A DNA stretch of 52,261 nucleotides. Origin: Sphaeroforma arctica JP610. Taxonomy: Eukaryota. Below the pieces are notes generated by a model that was given only the letters and a program-made list of their open reading frames with translations, was not told the origin of the DNA and ran no database searches. Positions 17,972 through 31,993 of this stretch are shown in pieces. Where the stretch lies: the NCBI RefSeq assembly GCF_001186125.1, contig NW_014040220.1, positions 15,196 through 67,456 on the forward strand, written 5' to 3'. Each line of letters starts with the position of its first letter. Positions within the stretch are counted from its first letter, which is position 1. Both the position numbers and the translations under genes were made by a program.

Positions 17972-19281
17972 ATGGCTCCCCTCGCAATCGAAGTCTTCAC
18001 TCTTCCTTCCGAGTTTGCATTTCTCGATGAGGCTCCAACATTCCACGCACGTAACTGGCCAGGATGTCCCATTTACACCAGTCTCCATGCAGCCAACACT
18101 CATCTTCTTAGCATTACTGACATGCTCAAGAAATTTGGTTATGACATACCAGTGTCTACTGCTCAGGTTCTCGCGCATCTAGTTGTCTCTCGTTCCACCG
18201 CCAACCGTCTCAAGACACAAAATGACCAAACCTTCACTGACGCCACACACGACAAGCAAAAGGCCGTCGATGCTGAGTATGAGCTTAATCAAGCTCACAA
18301 TCTCCACGCAAGTGACCTCCGCGAAGTAAACATCCTTAAAACTCGCCTGGATGCTTCCCTCGCCAAACTCGCTGACACTGAGGCTCGCTAAGACGATTTC
18401 CTTATCAAACTCGCTAACACTGAAATTCTTCTTCAGTCTGCCCTTCAAGAAAATCGCCGCAATTCTGATCCTCACACTCGCCGTACTCCCATGACTCTCG
18501 CTGAAAAGTATAACATCACCCCAGCCAGGCCTACTCGATCTGTCACTGAATACCCCAAATACAAAGACTCCTACAAACGCTCTCAGCTTAAGGACCACAC
18601 TGATTCCGGCAACTGAATCGTCGTGCTTCGCATAGAGTTGGAGCATTATGGCGTTCTCCACCGTCTCCATCCTCAATGCAACGACCCTACTGTCGGCAGC
18701 GGACCAGACATGGCTGCTGACGCCAAATGTTGTCGCGTCCTCATCGACTCTATTGCTGAACCCCTCATCAACTCTGTCTAAAAAATCACTTTTCTAAACC
18801 CCCTCATACGTTCTTCCAACACATCTGTACCACTACCAACACCGACCGTCATGGCCGATTCTGGACTGCGTTGAAAGTACTCACAAGCTTTACTGCCACC
18901 GGTCCCCCCGACACTACTCTCCAGGCTCTTGAATAAATTCGGCAACGTCTTCTTTATGTCGGTGAAGTGATTTCTGACAAATACCTTACTTGTGCTTTGC
19001 TCTACAGTCTTGGTGACGAATACAACTGCTTACGTTCCGATAATTTTACCGTGACTTGTATACTCTGTCTATCGATGACGTATACACGAAAGTCCTGAAA
19101 TCTATCTCCGGTCTGTCTGCTTTCAAAACCCACCCTGACACCACTCAACCTCCTGTCAACAACGTCCCTCGTCGCAAAAATTGCATCATTTGTAACAAAT
19201 CTGGCCACAGTATCTTCGGTTGTCCTGACTCAATTTGTCGCCGATGCGGTTCTTCAACCCACAAAAGGCAATAAATGTCCT
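17972..19281 (+). pseudogene. Copia gag (disrupted) with two zinc knuckles
   Basis: CIICNKSGHSIFGC and CRRCGSSTHKRQ*C at the C-terminus. Confidence 0.8.
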
Positions 19282-19344
19282 GTCGACCGCACTACTTTAT
19301 CCTGCACCAAGGGTACTCGCACCGGCCACAATGCCACCGCTTGC

Positions 19345-22300
19345 ATGAGTTCTCATCGAAGCCACGGGGACCACTTTGCCATACTTTCTTCCTCCACTCT
19401 ACCTATTCCACATCAGCACACTATCCTTCCGCCTTCACACCACTATCGCCTTTACAGTACCATCTACCACACTGGACCTACATCTCCCTCCTTCGCCAAC
19501 TCTCTCATTGACTCCGGTGCTATGATTCACATCCGCAACACCACCGCCGGCGTCACAAAACTTGAAACCGGTCTTTTTGTTGTGGAATTCCCCGACAAAT
19601 CCCAACTCGCCCTCACTCATTGTGGTCACCTCCCAGGTCTTGGTGCCGTGCTTGTTATGCCTCAAGCAGATAAAGACATCCTCTCTATCCGTCTCTTACA
19701 ACGCCATGGGTTTACCATTACTTTTCCGGCCCAACGCGACGAGACTCAACCCACCGAGTGCAAACCCTAAACCCTAAAAACGACAACGTACAACACACCC
19801 CAGACACCAACGGCCTTTACAAACTTGCCACCTTTACACCCACCACTCTCGCCGACTGGCATGATATCTCCGGACACACACATCCCCGTATGCTCCGACG
19901 TACGTTACAGAATAATAACATCGACACTTATACACAACGCAGTGACAACACTGACAATTGGAAACTCAATCCCGTTTTATTTCAAAAACATGTCGTCCAG
20001 CCTTTTGGCAACGTCGACGTCGATCTTTTTGCTAGTACCAACAATGACCAGATGTCTCTTTATTGTAGTCTCGACCCTGACACACCTCTCCACGACGCTT
20101 TCGCCCAAACTTGGAATCAATCTGAATCTTATCTCTATGGTAATATTCCTTTCACCAAGAAGGTCTGAACCGCTGCGCTGAACAAGCTCGACGCCGAAAA
20201 CGGCTGCGTCACTGTTATTTTTCCGTTATCGCCCAACAACGTTTGCTTTTAACAGACACTCCGTCAACTTCATTTCCATTTTGAGGTCATCCGCACTTCC
20301 TCTGATATTTTTCTCCGCAATGGTGACGAAGTCGTCGGTACTCCACGTTGGCGCTACATTTGCGTCGCTCGTCTCGGGAATGTCGCCCATGCTGTACCCC
20401 ACACTGCCGAACTCTTGACTGCTCAAGCCGATGTGATCGCTCATCCTCGTGACGAAACATTTTGCCAGCCTTGTGTTCAAGGCAAAATGCGCCGCCGACC
20501 TATTTCTCACACCCAGAAAAACTCTTGTACCCGCCCACCCGTGGGTACCGTTTTCCATATTGATCTTGAAACAGGTCTTCCAGCATCCGTCACTAGTTGC
20601 ACATCCATCATTAAATACGTGAACGCTAACTCTGGTATGCCCTTTGTATATCCCTTGAAGACCAACGATGAAGCCGCCTCTACACTCGACTAATTTTACA
20701 CTGATATTGGCAAGGACAAGCTTTCTCGCCTTCGCGAACTGGAGTGTGATCGTGGTGGTGAATTCACCCCTCGTGTCTTTAAAGCCGTCAACACGGCCCA
20801 GCACGTTCAAGTCTTGTTTAACCCCACGAACTCCCCTGCTCCCCACGGCCTTGTCGAACGCACCAACAGCACTATCAAAGATATCATGCTCAGCTTACTT
20901 GCCCATTGCAAACAGCACTCCCAAATGTGAGCTGAAGCCATACGTCACGCTACCCTTCTGCGAGCCAATCAACACAACAAGCGCAATCCAGACAACAAAT
21001 CCTCCTGGGAATTGTTCTATGGTGCCAAACCCGACGCCCGCTTAAAAACTATCCACGTCTATGGATGCCAAGCGGCTTACATCAACCAAGACCGTTACAC
21101 CAAACTCGATGATCCTGCCAACATAGGCGTTTACCTCGGTCATGACACTCACTCCAAATACTACGACGAGTGCCGCATCCATAGTGTCAAAACCGGTCAA
21201 ATATGTCACTCTCGTGACGTCAAGTTCAACGACTGGGTGTTCCCCACCTGGTCAACCGTTGGCACCACACCTCTTCCTAAATTTATTACTCCACCCCAGG
21301 ACATCCCAACCATCCGCGAGCTCACCAACGCCTGTTCTGTTATTGCTTCTAAACAAGTTCCCCTTCTCTCTCCCACCGCTCAGTCCACCATTCACAGCAT
21401 TTCCTGCTATCCGTCCCCCTCTCACTCTGCCGCCCACACGTCTCATTCTCACACGGTCAACTCCGCTCAAGTCTCCACACCAACTCCAACTATTCATCCT
21501 TCAGAGGCGGACTCCGATCCAGGGGAGGCCTCGAATTCAGAGGAGCACTCCCACTCAGCGAAGAACTCACACCGAAGAGAGGCTTCCAACCACGGCTTTA
21601 ACCATGCAGATTCCGACGATGACGACTCCGATATTCCCACCGCCTTCTCCAATTCTGATTCCGCCGATGACTCTGATGATGGCGCCCCCGACATCCCCGA
21701 CCCACCACGCAGCCACACGTCCACCCCCCACTTGGAAGATACAGTCAATACCGCTCTTCGCTATCACATTGCTCGACACCCTTCTTCCCGCACCCTCAAA
21801 GGTCTTCTCCTCCCCCCCCCCCCCCCCCGGCCACCAATTCTGATCCTCTCAACCCACCTCTTCTACCCTATAATATGCGTATGACACGTCAACGTGCCAA
21901 ACAGATGGCAGCCCACAATATTCACGCCCAAAACAACATCACTGTCCCCCTACCCACTCCTTCCCCTTCAGTCTCCACCCCGCCACATGTGCACTGGTCG
22001 TCTGATCTTGAAAACACAGGCCTTCCCCTTAGTACTCGCCACTCACCTCTTGATCCCACTCGTCCGTTTGTCACCTCTACCAAAGAAATCGCACTCAAGC
22101 TGAAATACACCAACGCGGTTCATCACCTTAAACGCGCCAAGCGCGTCGACCAGGCTTCTAAACAACTCCGTCGCGCTCTCGTTACTCGAGCCCGTTTTCT
22201 CATACATCATATCGTCCACTCCATACAATCCAAATCACCACCCCGACTGGTCCTCTATCCGGAACCCTCTGACGACATTCCTATCAAAATCCATACCCCC

Positions 22301-23880
22301 CCTCCCCCCCCCTTCTCAATCACCACCTATTATTATACAATGCTACTGCTCACATAATATACGCCGCGTGGGAAGTGGTCCAATAAAACCCCCTTACCTT
22401 TGCTACTATTCGCGCCGCCCTTCGCAGCGACGACGCGGACCTATGGCGCACTGCTATCGAGCGTGAACTCGCTAGCCTTGCTAACTCTGGCACTTACGAT
22501 CTTCTCAAACCTGACGATATCCCAGACGACGCGTTTATCGTGTCTAGTAAATGGGTCTTTACAGTCAAGCTTATCGACGGCATTGTCGAATAAATACAAA
22601 GCCCAGCTCGTTGCCCGAGGTTTCTCCCAGACGCAGGGCATAAACTATGAGGAGACATTTGCTCCCACGTGCTTCCACGAGACTTTGCGTACTGTCCTCG
22701 CCGTTTTCAGGTTTTGTACTGTCCTCGCCTAAACCCTGAAACAAATGACGTTGATACCGCCTATTTCTACGCTGACCTTGACGAACCCATTTACATGCGC
22801 CCACCCTCCATATCTGCTTCGGTTGGTCTTCCAGACGATTACATTTTATCCCTTAAGAAATATCTCCTCCTCAAATCTAAATTTCTCGGCATGGGCTTCT
22901 CTCAAACAGATCCATGCATGTTTATTGTAAACGATCCTGACATCTCTTGTGTCGTTCTCTTGTATGTCGACGACATTATTATCTGCGGTCGTCATCCTTC
23001 CGACGTTCCTACCTTCAAGACTAAGATCCAATTCAGCTACAAGGATATGGGAAAGACACATTGGTTACTCAGTGTTCGGGTTTTTAACCACTGACCAGTC
23101 AATTAGCCTCGTCCAAGACAACTATGTCAAGGACGCACTCCACACTTTTGACCTCCAAGATGCCCACATTGCCCCCACGCCAGCTACACAAGACACTGTC
23201 TGCAGCAACGACGGCCCAAATACCCATGCGCCTACCGTGAATTGATCGGCACCCTACAGTATTTATCTGTTCTCGCCCGCATTGATGTTAGCTATTCTAT
23301 CAATAACCTCACACGCTATATGACCAACCCATCTCTCACACATTGGATTGCCGCTCAACGTAACCTCCGGTATCTTAAGGATACCCCCACTCTCGGACTT
23401 ACCTATCGCTACCAAGATGGGCCGCCCATCGCTGACGCCTATGTGGACTCTGATTATAACGCTTGCCCTGACACACGTCGTTCCACCAGCAGTTTCGTAC
23501 TTCGTATAAATGGCGTTCCTGATGTCTGGAAATCAAAACACCAGAAGACAGTTACTACCAGCACAATTGAGGCTGAATACTACGCCGCTTCCGAAGATGG
23601 CAAAAAAATAAATTTCTGTGGCTTCGCAACATACATAATGAAATCGGCTTCCCACAACATACCCCCACTCCTCTCTATTGTGACAACAAATCAGCCATCC
23701 ACGTCATCACTGACACCGGTACCATCAAATACCTTGAATATGTAGACATTCGCCTTCATCACATCCGTGATTTACAATCCCAAGGTGTTCTCCAAATCAG
23801 GTACACAATCTTGCTGATATACTTATCAAAAATACACCCCGTCCTACTCATTCTCGTCATACAGGCAACATGCTTACCAT
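19345..23880 (+). pseudogene. Copia pol (PR-INT[MTase insert]-RT-RNaseH), disrupted
   Basis: Motifs spread across ORFs 19345, 19758, 20415, 21012, 22400, 22669, 23242. Confidence 0.92.
19953..20378 (+). other. Dam-like N6-adenine DNA methyltransferase domain within Copia pol
   Basis: DNWKLNPVLF...DVDLFASTNN...YCS...DAFAQTW...YLYGNIPF...LNKL...VTVIFP...DIFLRNGDEVVGTPRWRY. One frame, with stops at 20166-20168 and 20250-20252. Confidence 0.85.
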
Positions 23881-23999
23881 CGTGCCTTCCACCTCAGTTT
23901 CCATTACCGGTAACAATCTAGGGGAGACGGTACAGTAAACTGTCAGTCAACTGCAGATTGTATCCTCTATACATATGCACACTGATGGTTTTAGGGTAG

Positions 24000-24217
24000 T
24001 GCCAAGACAAATCCAACACTGTCATAAATATTACAGATACAATATCAGTTCGGTATCAAGCATTGTTCACAAAGATGAACTGACACCTGTCATAGTGTCA
24101 TAAGAGTTGTGACACTTAGAACAAATATACTTTACACTTACGTGTGAACAATATACTTATAGATGACTAAGTGAAGGATATATATAACCCTTACTATAGG
24201 ATGAAATAAAGTTATAC
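24000..24217 (+). repeat. Copia 3' LTR, truncated at its 3' end
   Basis: tgccaagacaaatccaacactgtcataaatattac... matches the 5' LTR up to about gaaataaagttatac. Confidence 0.85.
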
Positions 24218-24402
24218 AAGTGCAAGTGAACAATCCAGTACTTCTTGCCGCGCCTGCATCCTTAAGTACCAACAACACAGACTACAAGTAAAGTAATACC
24301 GACAACAATATACACAATCTACATCACGAATGGTATACTCTTCAGCTAAGGAAGTTAATGGGGACCAGAGACGTCGTCAACCTGCGGTGATCACAAGGGA
24401 GA

Positions 24403-25905
24403 TTGGACTGGACACTGTACCGCTTCCTGACGATACGAAACCGGAAGAGGTGGATCAGAGATGTGAATGATTGCCAGCGTGCGTCTAGCGGTATATCAGA
24501 ATTTCCAGCCAAAGTAAAAGGTCTCTCAACATTTGAACATTTCTTCCCTATGGAATGGGCTAAGAACAATCTCATATCTATTACGAACATAAATCTGAGG
24601 GCACTAGGAAAAGCGGAGATGGACTACAATGAGTCCATGGTGTAGCTGGCTATATGTATATTAATATGCCTATCGTTAGATACAAGTCCTACTTAGTTAC
24701 GCAACAAGAAAAGGATGATAAAGGCTATGGCATACGGACTTTGTGGCCAGCATGGTATGATAATATGGAGAAGTCATTCTTTGCTTCTGACAAAATCTGT
24801 ATTGATGAAACAATGATGGCGTGGGACGTACCCACTGCCTACGCCAACATACACGTGCCTCGCAACCCCAAGCAATACGGCAACGAATGGAAAACAATAG
24901 CCTGCTGTGAGACCAATATAATATTCAGCGTTGATTTGGTCGAGGGGAAGAATAGGCCAGACTACTTGCCACTTTTAAAGTTTAGCGAGCATCTGGCTAC
25001 GGTTACGGTTGTGCTACGATTATGCCAGTATATTGTTGGTTCTTCTAGACGAGTCATAATGGATTCCGGGTTCTGCGTTCTCAAAGTATTGTACTACCTA
25101 CTGACAGTCGGACATAATAACATCGTTATAATTAAGAAGAACAAATCTGGCCTAAGGGATTGCCAGGAGATCGTATGAAGGACCATATGATGGATCGCCC
25201 TTTGTTTGATGTCCAAACACTGCAAGGAAAGTTCAACTATGTTGGTGAGAAGGATGAGAGCTTGAAGTTTTATTTACTGGCTTTCAAATTACTATATATA
25301 CATGCCTATGTGTATGGTAGCGTTCGCCGCGAGGGACACACATTATACCGTTACACAGCAGGGGTAGGGTATGAGATGCAGTACCCGAAGGTGTATTCAG
25401 ATTACTATAATCAAGGTAGAGCCGCTGTAGATATTAATATTAATCTGAGGAGCAACACGCTATCTATTGAAGAAGGTATATTTACACGTAGTTGGGAGCA
25501 GCGAACATTAAATTTCTTCATCGACATTACCATCACTAATTCAGTGATGCCAAGCAAGCATCTACATATCAACAGCAAGACTATTCCAGAACATCATCTC
25601 CTATTTGTTTTAGGGTTTAGGGTTTAAAAACTTATCATGACGGCGTTTCACTCCGTCGTCGGGCCGTAGCTGAATCCGAATGCAACTTTAGAGAACGAAA
25701 AAAGAATGAAGGTGCATATAACATCAACAAGCGAAAATTCAATGAGGTACGTACCAGCTCGCAATCAATGGTATGCACTGGGGCCGGTTGCAAGCTGCCG
25801 AGAGGTAAGAGTAGACGCAAAACGTACTGTGTATGTTCGCCCTGGAAAACTGTATGTACTGATTGTTATATAGATCATAAGCTACAGAAGCTTGGGCACT
25901 ATTAA
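24403..25905 (+). mobile_element. piggyBac-like DDD transposase pseudogene
   Basis: ICIDETMMAW, PRNPKQYG, VVLRL, RRVIMDSGF, YNQGRAAVD, TRSWEQR, and a Cys-rich tail CTGAGC...KTYCVCSP...CTDCYIDH. Frameshifted. No TIRs recognised. Confidence 0.85.
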
Positions 25906-26639
25906 GAATTTTTGAAATCGCATACATGCGATGGTTTTGTACATCTAATAAAAAAATATCTCCATTCACAGCATCTGATTTAAGATTTCGAACTTTAGTG
26001 ACTATACATAATCTAACAACATACAAGGTCTGAGAGTATCAACCGATTCGTTACACTGTTACAAACACAACGACACCTTTAACATCTTCATACGTACAGT
26101 AACACTCATGATAGTGTGTATTTTGTTAGTGTACACGTTTGTGTATAGTGACTCGAAGTACTTTTTGACAGTTCTGGTGTATACGGTTGCAATTCAACAA
26201 CGGCTACACCGACGAACCAAACTGTTCAGGACGAGCCCTTCAATTGCCGCAAAAAAAATCTTGGAATATATTAATACACGACAAGTTATATTAAAAGCCA
26301 ATCGTACACAAACGTGTATTTAAATCTACATTTTGTTCACCTGTATTTTTTTTGTATTGTTTAATTTTTTGTGCATTGATAGTGTTCACATTTGACAAAA
26401 CACGTAGTTATGGGGTAGGATACGATGGACATAGATGGAGAACACTGGCCGTGTCCTGTACGAACACATCGAGAGAAAAAGGAGACAATGCACTACGTGT
26501 TTGAGATGCAAGGGTTTTTAGGTTTTAGGGTTTTAGGGTATTATATGTGTTTTAGACCCAGTAGAAAATCGATACATTGGCGACCATTGCTGTTGTTTGA
26601 AGCGAGTGCACGCAGACCCGACGATCAGAGGCAAATAAC

Positions 26640-29600
26640 GAGTGCAAGCTACAGCGACTCCTTTGCCAACTATACGCACAACTCGAAATACAGCACCAGT
26701 GAACTATAAAGAAGTTGACGAGATTACGGTTGTTTCTGAAGCAAAGATTGCCGAACATGATTATAATCGAGAACGTATTGACGAACTATATGGCGTATTG
26801 AGTGTTAAAAGCCCAGTCTTTCAAGTACAATATAACGTACGAATCGCTTACAAATAACAGGCCCAAAGCTACCAAACAACTCATAGGACATATCAGAGCG
26901 CTGGTTAAATCTGTAGTTCAAATAGTATCTCCTGTGAACAAAAGAGTATCTGATTTACTCTATAAACAAGGGATTCACTAGGGCTCTGAAGGCGTCATTG
27001 CAGACAATGAGAAACTTGTCAGAAATATTGCAGACGTTTGTGTTAGATCACCGGACGAGGAAGTAAAGAGAGCTTTCAGAGCTCTACTTTTCGAACAGAT
27101 ACACAATGAATACATGACTAAGGCCATGAGTGGAATTAAAGTTAAAGAAGAGCTACAGGCGGCTGTGGAAAGATAAAGAACGGTGGCTGGTTCTGATGAG
27201 GAATTCAAAAATGATACCCTCGAGATTCCTGACACAAAGTTCACGACAAGCGAGCGCATCAAGGTACTTTGTGACTGGAATTAAATCAATCAAGGACATA
27301 GCTTGAAGAAAAGAGTAATATAATCGCCCGGGGTATGTTACTGTGATTGAAATGTATGTTAATGATGATAATTTATAAAATTTTGTTTAATGTTCATGAC
27401 TGAGTTGATTTTACTATAGTTGATCCTGTACTCTTGTATCACAGGTGTCAAAGAATAGTTTTCTATATGCTTTAGATTGGCTTGCTGGGTCCGATATGAC
27501 GTCCGGCTATGTTGTGGTGTTTGCGGTCAGTCTCGGTTGGTACAGCGCGCCTGAAAGATATCCGTACATGCTGCGTAAGTATAGTAAAACAATGAATTGG
27601 GACAAGTACAACAAGCACTGCGGAGTTGACACACCACTTGCACATTTGGGAACCGCGAAACGAAAGACAGCCGAGGGGTTTGCAATCCTTAGCACACCCA
27701 CTAGTACTCAAGGAACACCCTTACATCCAGCTGCTACACCTAATACATCTCTCCGAGCAGACGGCACAGTATTGCAACCAAACGGAGGGTACAAACATAT
27801 TGGATGTATACATTTCTTCAAGATGCTTGAGTTGGTGACGAAAAAAAATCAAACATCAAGCTGGGATATCATACTACTGCACTACTTTCATTTCACAGAC
27901 TGATTTCTTGGAAACATTCACAAAGGCATATGACGCATTCACAAAAGAGGTAAAACATTTACAGACTTTTTTAAAACGCGACTATAGAAAGCACTGCAAT
28001 ACTAAGAACGATGAGTGTGATGATGATATATCACACTGCATGACTGCATGCAGCATGCTTTAGGCGGAGACAAGTGTACCAAAGCGCACGAAATCCGATG
28101 TAAAGATTGTACGAACATAATGACTATAATACCTGCGATAGAACCGTCTGTGCGTGAAAGCTTAATGAATAAATCACATAGAATGCGAGTCGATGCAGGA
28201 TCAGCACAACTAGCGGCCGGCAGCACGGAACCAGTGAATATAGAGATTCCAGAGTTGATGGTACGAGTGATGAGCCGGTGTGGACAGAGCTCATCAACAT
28301 GCTGCCGCCACAGATCGGAGATAATGTTCAACTAGCTAATGGTATGGATTTTGCAGAGCTAGTACCTATACTTCCTGTGCTTAAAGAGTATAGACTCTGA
28401 AATCATAATGTTTAGAAATCACATGGCCATAGGCTCCTGGCAAGACAAAATCAAGAATTCACTAGACTCTGAGAGTCTGCTTGTGATTTTAGATCACAAG
28501 CAGAAGATTCTATCATAATGGTATCTCGGAGATATGATCAAATACTTTGGCAAACGTGGTCACAGTTTATTGAGTGCAGCGATCATGGAAAGGAACGAGA
28601 AGAATGGGAATATATATCCTAAATACCTTGATATGGTCATGGACGACCATAATCAGAACAGCGCCAGTGTTCAATCCACACTTGAAGGTCTCATGTTGCA
28701 CATAAGTAAGAAATATCCTACTACAAAAGCTTATTACGATACTGAGTGATAACGCAGGGGCCTTCTCCAGCGTCGAGAACTTCCCGAGAGTTACAGTGAA
28801 CAGGGAAGGATTTAAGGATAGAGCGCTGGATCTTTACCGAAGCCCTGCAGGGCAAGTCAATATTAAACGCGCATTTCTCGTTTGTGGCCCAATAAATATC
28901 TAATTGGATAATGTATATGAGAGATATAACTAATCTCGAGGATATCTATCATGCACTTGTGTGTTGGGATGACAACAAGAAATGTGGTACTCGGACAATT
29001 TGAAATACGACTGTCGCATACGCTAATGTGCGACGCGGCGCAAAGAGTACTACCAAAAAGGATGACGCAGCAGCACAAAAGAAGATTAGGGATGGGGTAC
29101 AAAAGACATATGAAGTTATATTCAACGAAGATACTGAGGGATTGACGTTTTACACACAAACCGATATTCTGCCTTGGTTTGTGCCCTACACGTGTACCTT
29201 CAAGGAAAATTACGTTTTGCAAGAATTTGAATGCGAGATTTCATCGCCGCCCAACACAAATACAGTTTTCGTCAAAGGCACAGGAAAGAAACACATGTAT
29301 GTTCAGGCACTACTTGAACACGTATCAGGTACCAGTGTAGTCCAAGAGGTAAATCCCACTCGATCAGCTGCTCAGGTAGCCGCTCTAATTGCTGATGGTG
29401 GTCCTTCTGCTGTCAATGTTGATTTGGCCCCAGTGTTAACCAGTAACCCACCGCATATGAAGGACAGGATGGGAAACCGATACTGTAAAAAGAAAATCCC
29501 GCTTATCTGGTGAGAGTACTAGGCTCGATACCGAGCAGGTTGTTAAGTGCCATGAATGGTTTGTGCAAGGTGTTGGGACCGCGGACAAGATTTCAGCAGA

Positions 29601-30430
29601 GGCAGCAATACAACGTTTACGAAAGGACCTCAGTACAAATTGGAGTGCGAGCTACGCCACAACATTGGAAAGCGTAAAGAGACAGTATACTAAAAATCGA
29701 ACAGCGTTGGATCCAAAAACGAAAGCAAATCCTAACTACAAACAATGCCTCGTATGTGATGTGTCCTTCATCTCTATGGGTATCCACGCAAAACACTGCC
29801 CCGAATTCAGCGACGATCGCACTTTATCCAAATGGATACATGAGAACGCCACACTACCAGATGGAACAACTGTACGACCGATTACAACAGATACTGCTGC
29901 CTTTGCTAAAATTAAGGATAACTCTGAATGCAAACAATGCAAAGTATGTAAAGCTTACTTTATTGCAGTCGGGCACCACGCGAAGAAATCTACCGGCTTT
30001 GGTGAAGATCAACTGCAATTCATCTGGTACAACAAAGCCGCTGTCCCGGAAACTTCTTCACCGATACCTACGCCTACGCATGTGCCTGTCCCGGAAACTC
30101 CTTGGCCAATACCTACGCCTACGAATGTAAGTGCATGTGCCTGTCCCGAAAACATCCTTGCCGGTACCTACGCCTACGCTTGTGCATGCACCTCTCCCGA
30201 GAACTCCTTTGCCAATACCTACACCTACGCAGATGCCTGTCCCGGAAACTTCTTTGCCAATACCTACGCCGCCTGTGTCTGTACTCATGGCATCGCCCAT
30301 ACCAATAATACATTCTGCACACACACAACCACTTCTAAAACACACAGAACCATACACCAGATTTACACACAAGCCAAAACAAGTACCTATGAAACGATGT
30401 ATAGCTGAAGTATGTGGGGCGCTATCGTGA
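26640..30430 (+). mobile_element. Degenerate large DDE transposase, Sola3-like
   Basis: FLKRDYRKHC, CMQHALGGDKCTKAHEIRCKDC, LDHKQKIL, YFGKRGHSL, NQNSASV, LSDNAGAF, GKSILNAHF pieces across frames. The family call rests on remembered motif pattern only. Confidence 0.55.
30041..30275 (+). repeat. Coding-type tandem repeat (about 36 bp, PVPET..PIPTPT)
   Basis: tgtcccggaaact...ccaatacctacgcctacg repeated about 5 times. Confidence 0.8.
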
Positions 30431-30636
30431 GATTTTAAAAGCGGCTGAATGATGATCCGACTTTGTATGAGTTAATACACAACAAATGAATCACTAAATG
30501 AAGCGAAGGAAATAAAAACATAATTAAAAGCGAAATACAAAATCATGAAACGAAGAGAATGAAAACAAAATTATGATTTGAAACGTGAATTATATCACGC
30601 ATACACTAATTATAAATGATAATTACACGCACACGC

Positions 30637-30667
<31 letters not shown>

Positions 30668-30668
30668 C

Positions 30669-31353
30669 NNNNNNNNNNNNNNNNNNNNNNNNNNNNNNNN
30701 NNNNNNNNNNNNNNNNNNNNNNNNNNNNNNNNNNNNNNNNNNNNNNNNNNNNNNNNNNNNNNNNNNNNNNNNNNNNNNNNNNNNNNNNNNNNNNNNNNNN
30801 NNNNNNNNNNNNNNNNNNNNNNNNNNNNNNNNNNNNNNNNNNNNNNNNNNNNNNNNNNNNNNNNNNNNNNNNNNNNNNNNNNNNNNNNNNNNNNNNNNNN
30901 NNNNNNNNNNNNNNNNNNNNNNNNNNNNNNNNNNNNNNNNNNNNNNNNNNNNNNNNNNNNNNNNNNNNNNNNNNNNNNNNNNNNNNNNNNNNNNNNNNNN
31001 NNNNNNNNNNNNNNNNNNNNNNNNNNNNNNNNNNNNNNNNNNNNNNNNNNNNNNNNNNNNNNNNNNNNNNNNNNNNNNNNNNNNNNNNNNNNNNNNNNNN
31101 NNNNNNNNNNNNNNNNNNNNNNNNNNNNNNNNNNNNNNNNNNNNNNNNNNNNNNNNNNNNNNNNNNNNNNNNNNNNNNNNNNNNNNNNNNNNNNNNNNNN
31201 NNNNNNNNNNNNNNNNNNNNNNNNNNNNNNNNNNNNNNNNNNNNNNNNNNNNNNNNNNNNNNNNNNNNNNNNNNNNNNNNNNNNNNNNNNNNNNNNNNNN
31301 NNNNNNNNNNNNNNNNNNNNNNNNNNNNNNNNNNNNNNNNNNNNNNNNNNNNN
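30669..31353. other. Assembly gap (N run)
   Basis: Ns. Confidence 1.
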
Positions 31354-31993
31354 AACAATGCTAATTATATAGGTGCACACACCCATTTAATATCCACTTT
31401 CACACTATAGCAGTTCGATGCATTATATATAATTGCCAAGCAACACGCAAGGATGGCGTCTCCTTGCACGATTTGGGATCCAGTTCTTATGGGCCGCACA
31501 ATACTACTGTTAGCGAAGCGCGTATGTGTTAGGCACTTCGACGTGACTGACCTGATAATTGATAGTAATAATCATCTATGAATTAAACGAGGGCGAATGC
31601 CGTCGCTACACTTGCCACGAAGACGCCGTAGCAAATACAGAAGACTATCTTAAACCTGACAGACAAAGTGAACATACATTTATTCCTTACAACATATACT
31701 TGATAATATATGCACTGTCTTATATACACAACACTATATACTCAAAATTTGGGCTTCTTTCCCGATGCTGGACCATCCGTCATTGCAGCAACTCTATTAC
31801 TTACCGCTGCCGGCTCAGTCATTGTTTGCCGGTCAGCTATCCTCTCGTTGCTCGACTTCGGAATATTTCCACGAGTACTATAGCCGACCGATATGGGTTT
31901 CCATTACCAGTTCAATGTACCCAGAACACTTGTGCTGATCGACGTATTTTTATCGTCGCTATCTGCCCACGTGGTAAACGTTCTGCTGTACCG

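Larger units (their letters stand above)
17562..24217 (+). mobile_element. Ty1/Copia LTR retrotransposon, degenerate, with an embedded adenine methyltransferase-like domain
   Basis: LTRs 17562-17811 and 24000-~24217. Domain order gag(CCHC)-PR(LIDSGAMIHI)-INT(WH..SGH, CQPCVQGK, HIDL, CDRGGEF, GLVER)-RT(KWVF, YKAQLVARGFSQTQGINYEETFAP, YVDD)-RH(YVDSDY, STIEAEY, CDNKSA). Many stops and frameshifts. Confidence 0.95.
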
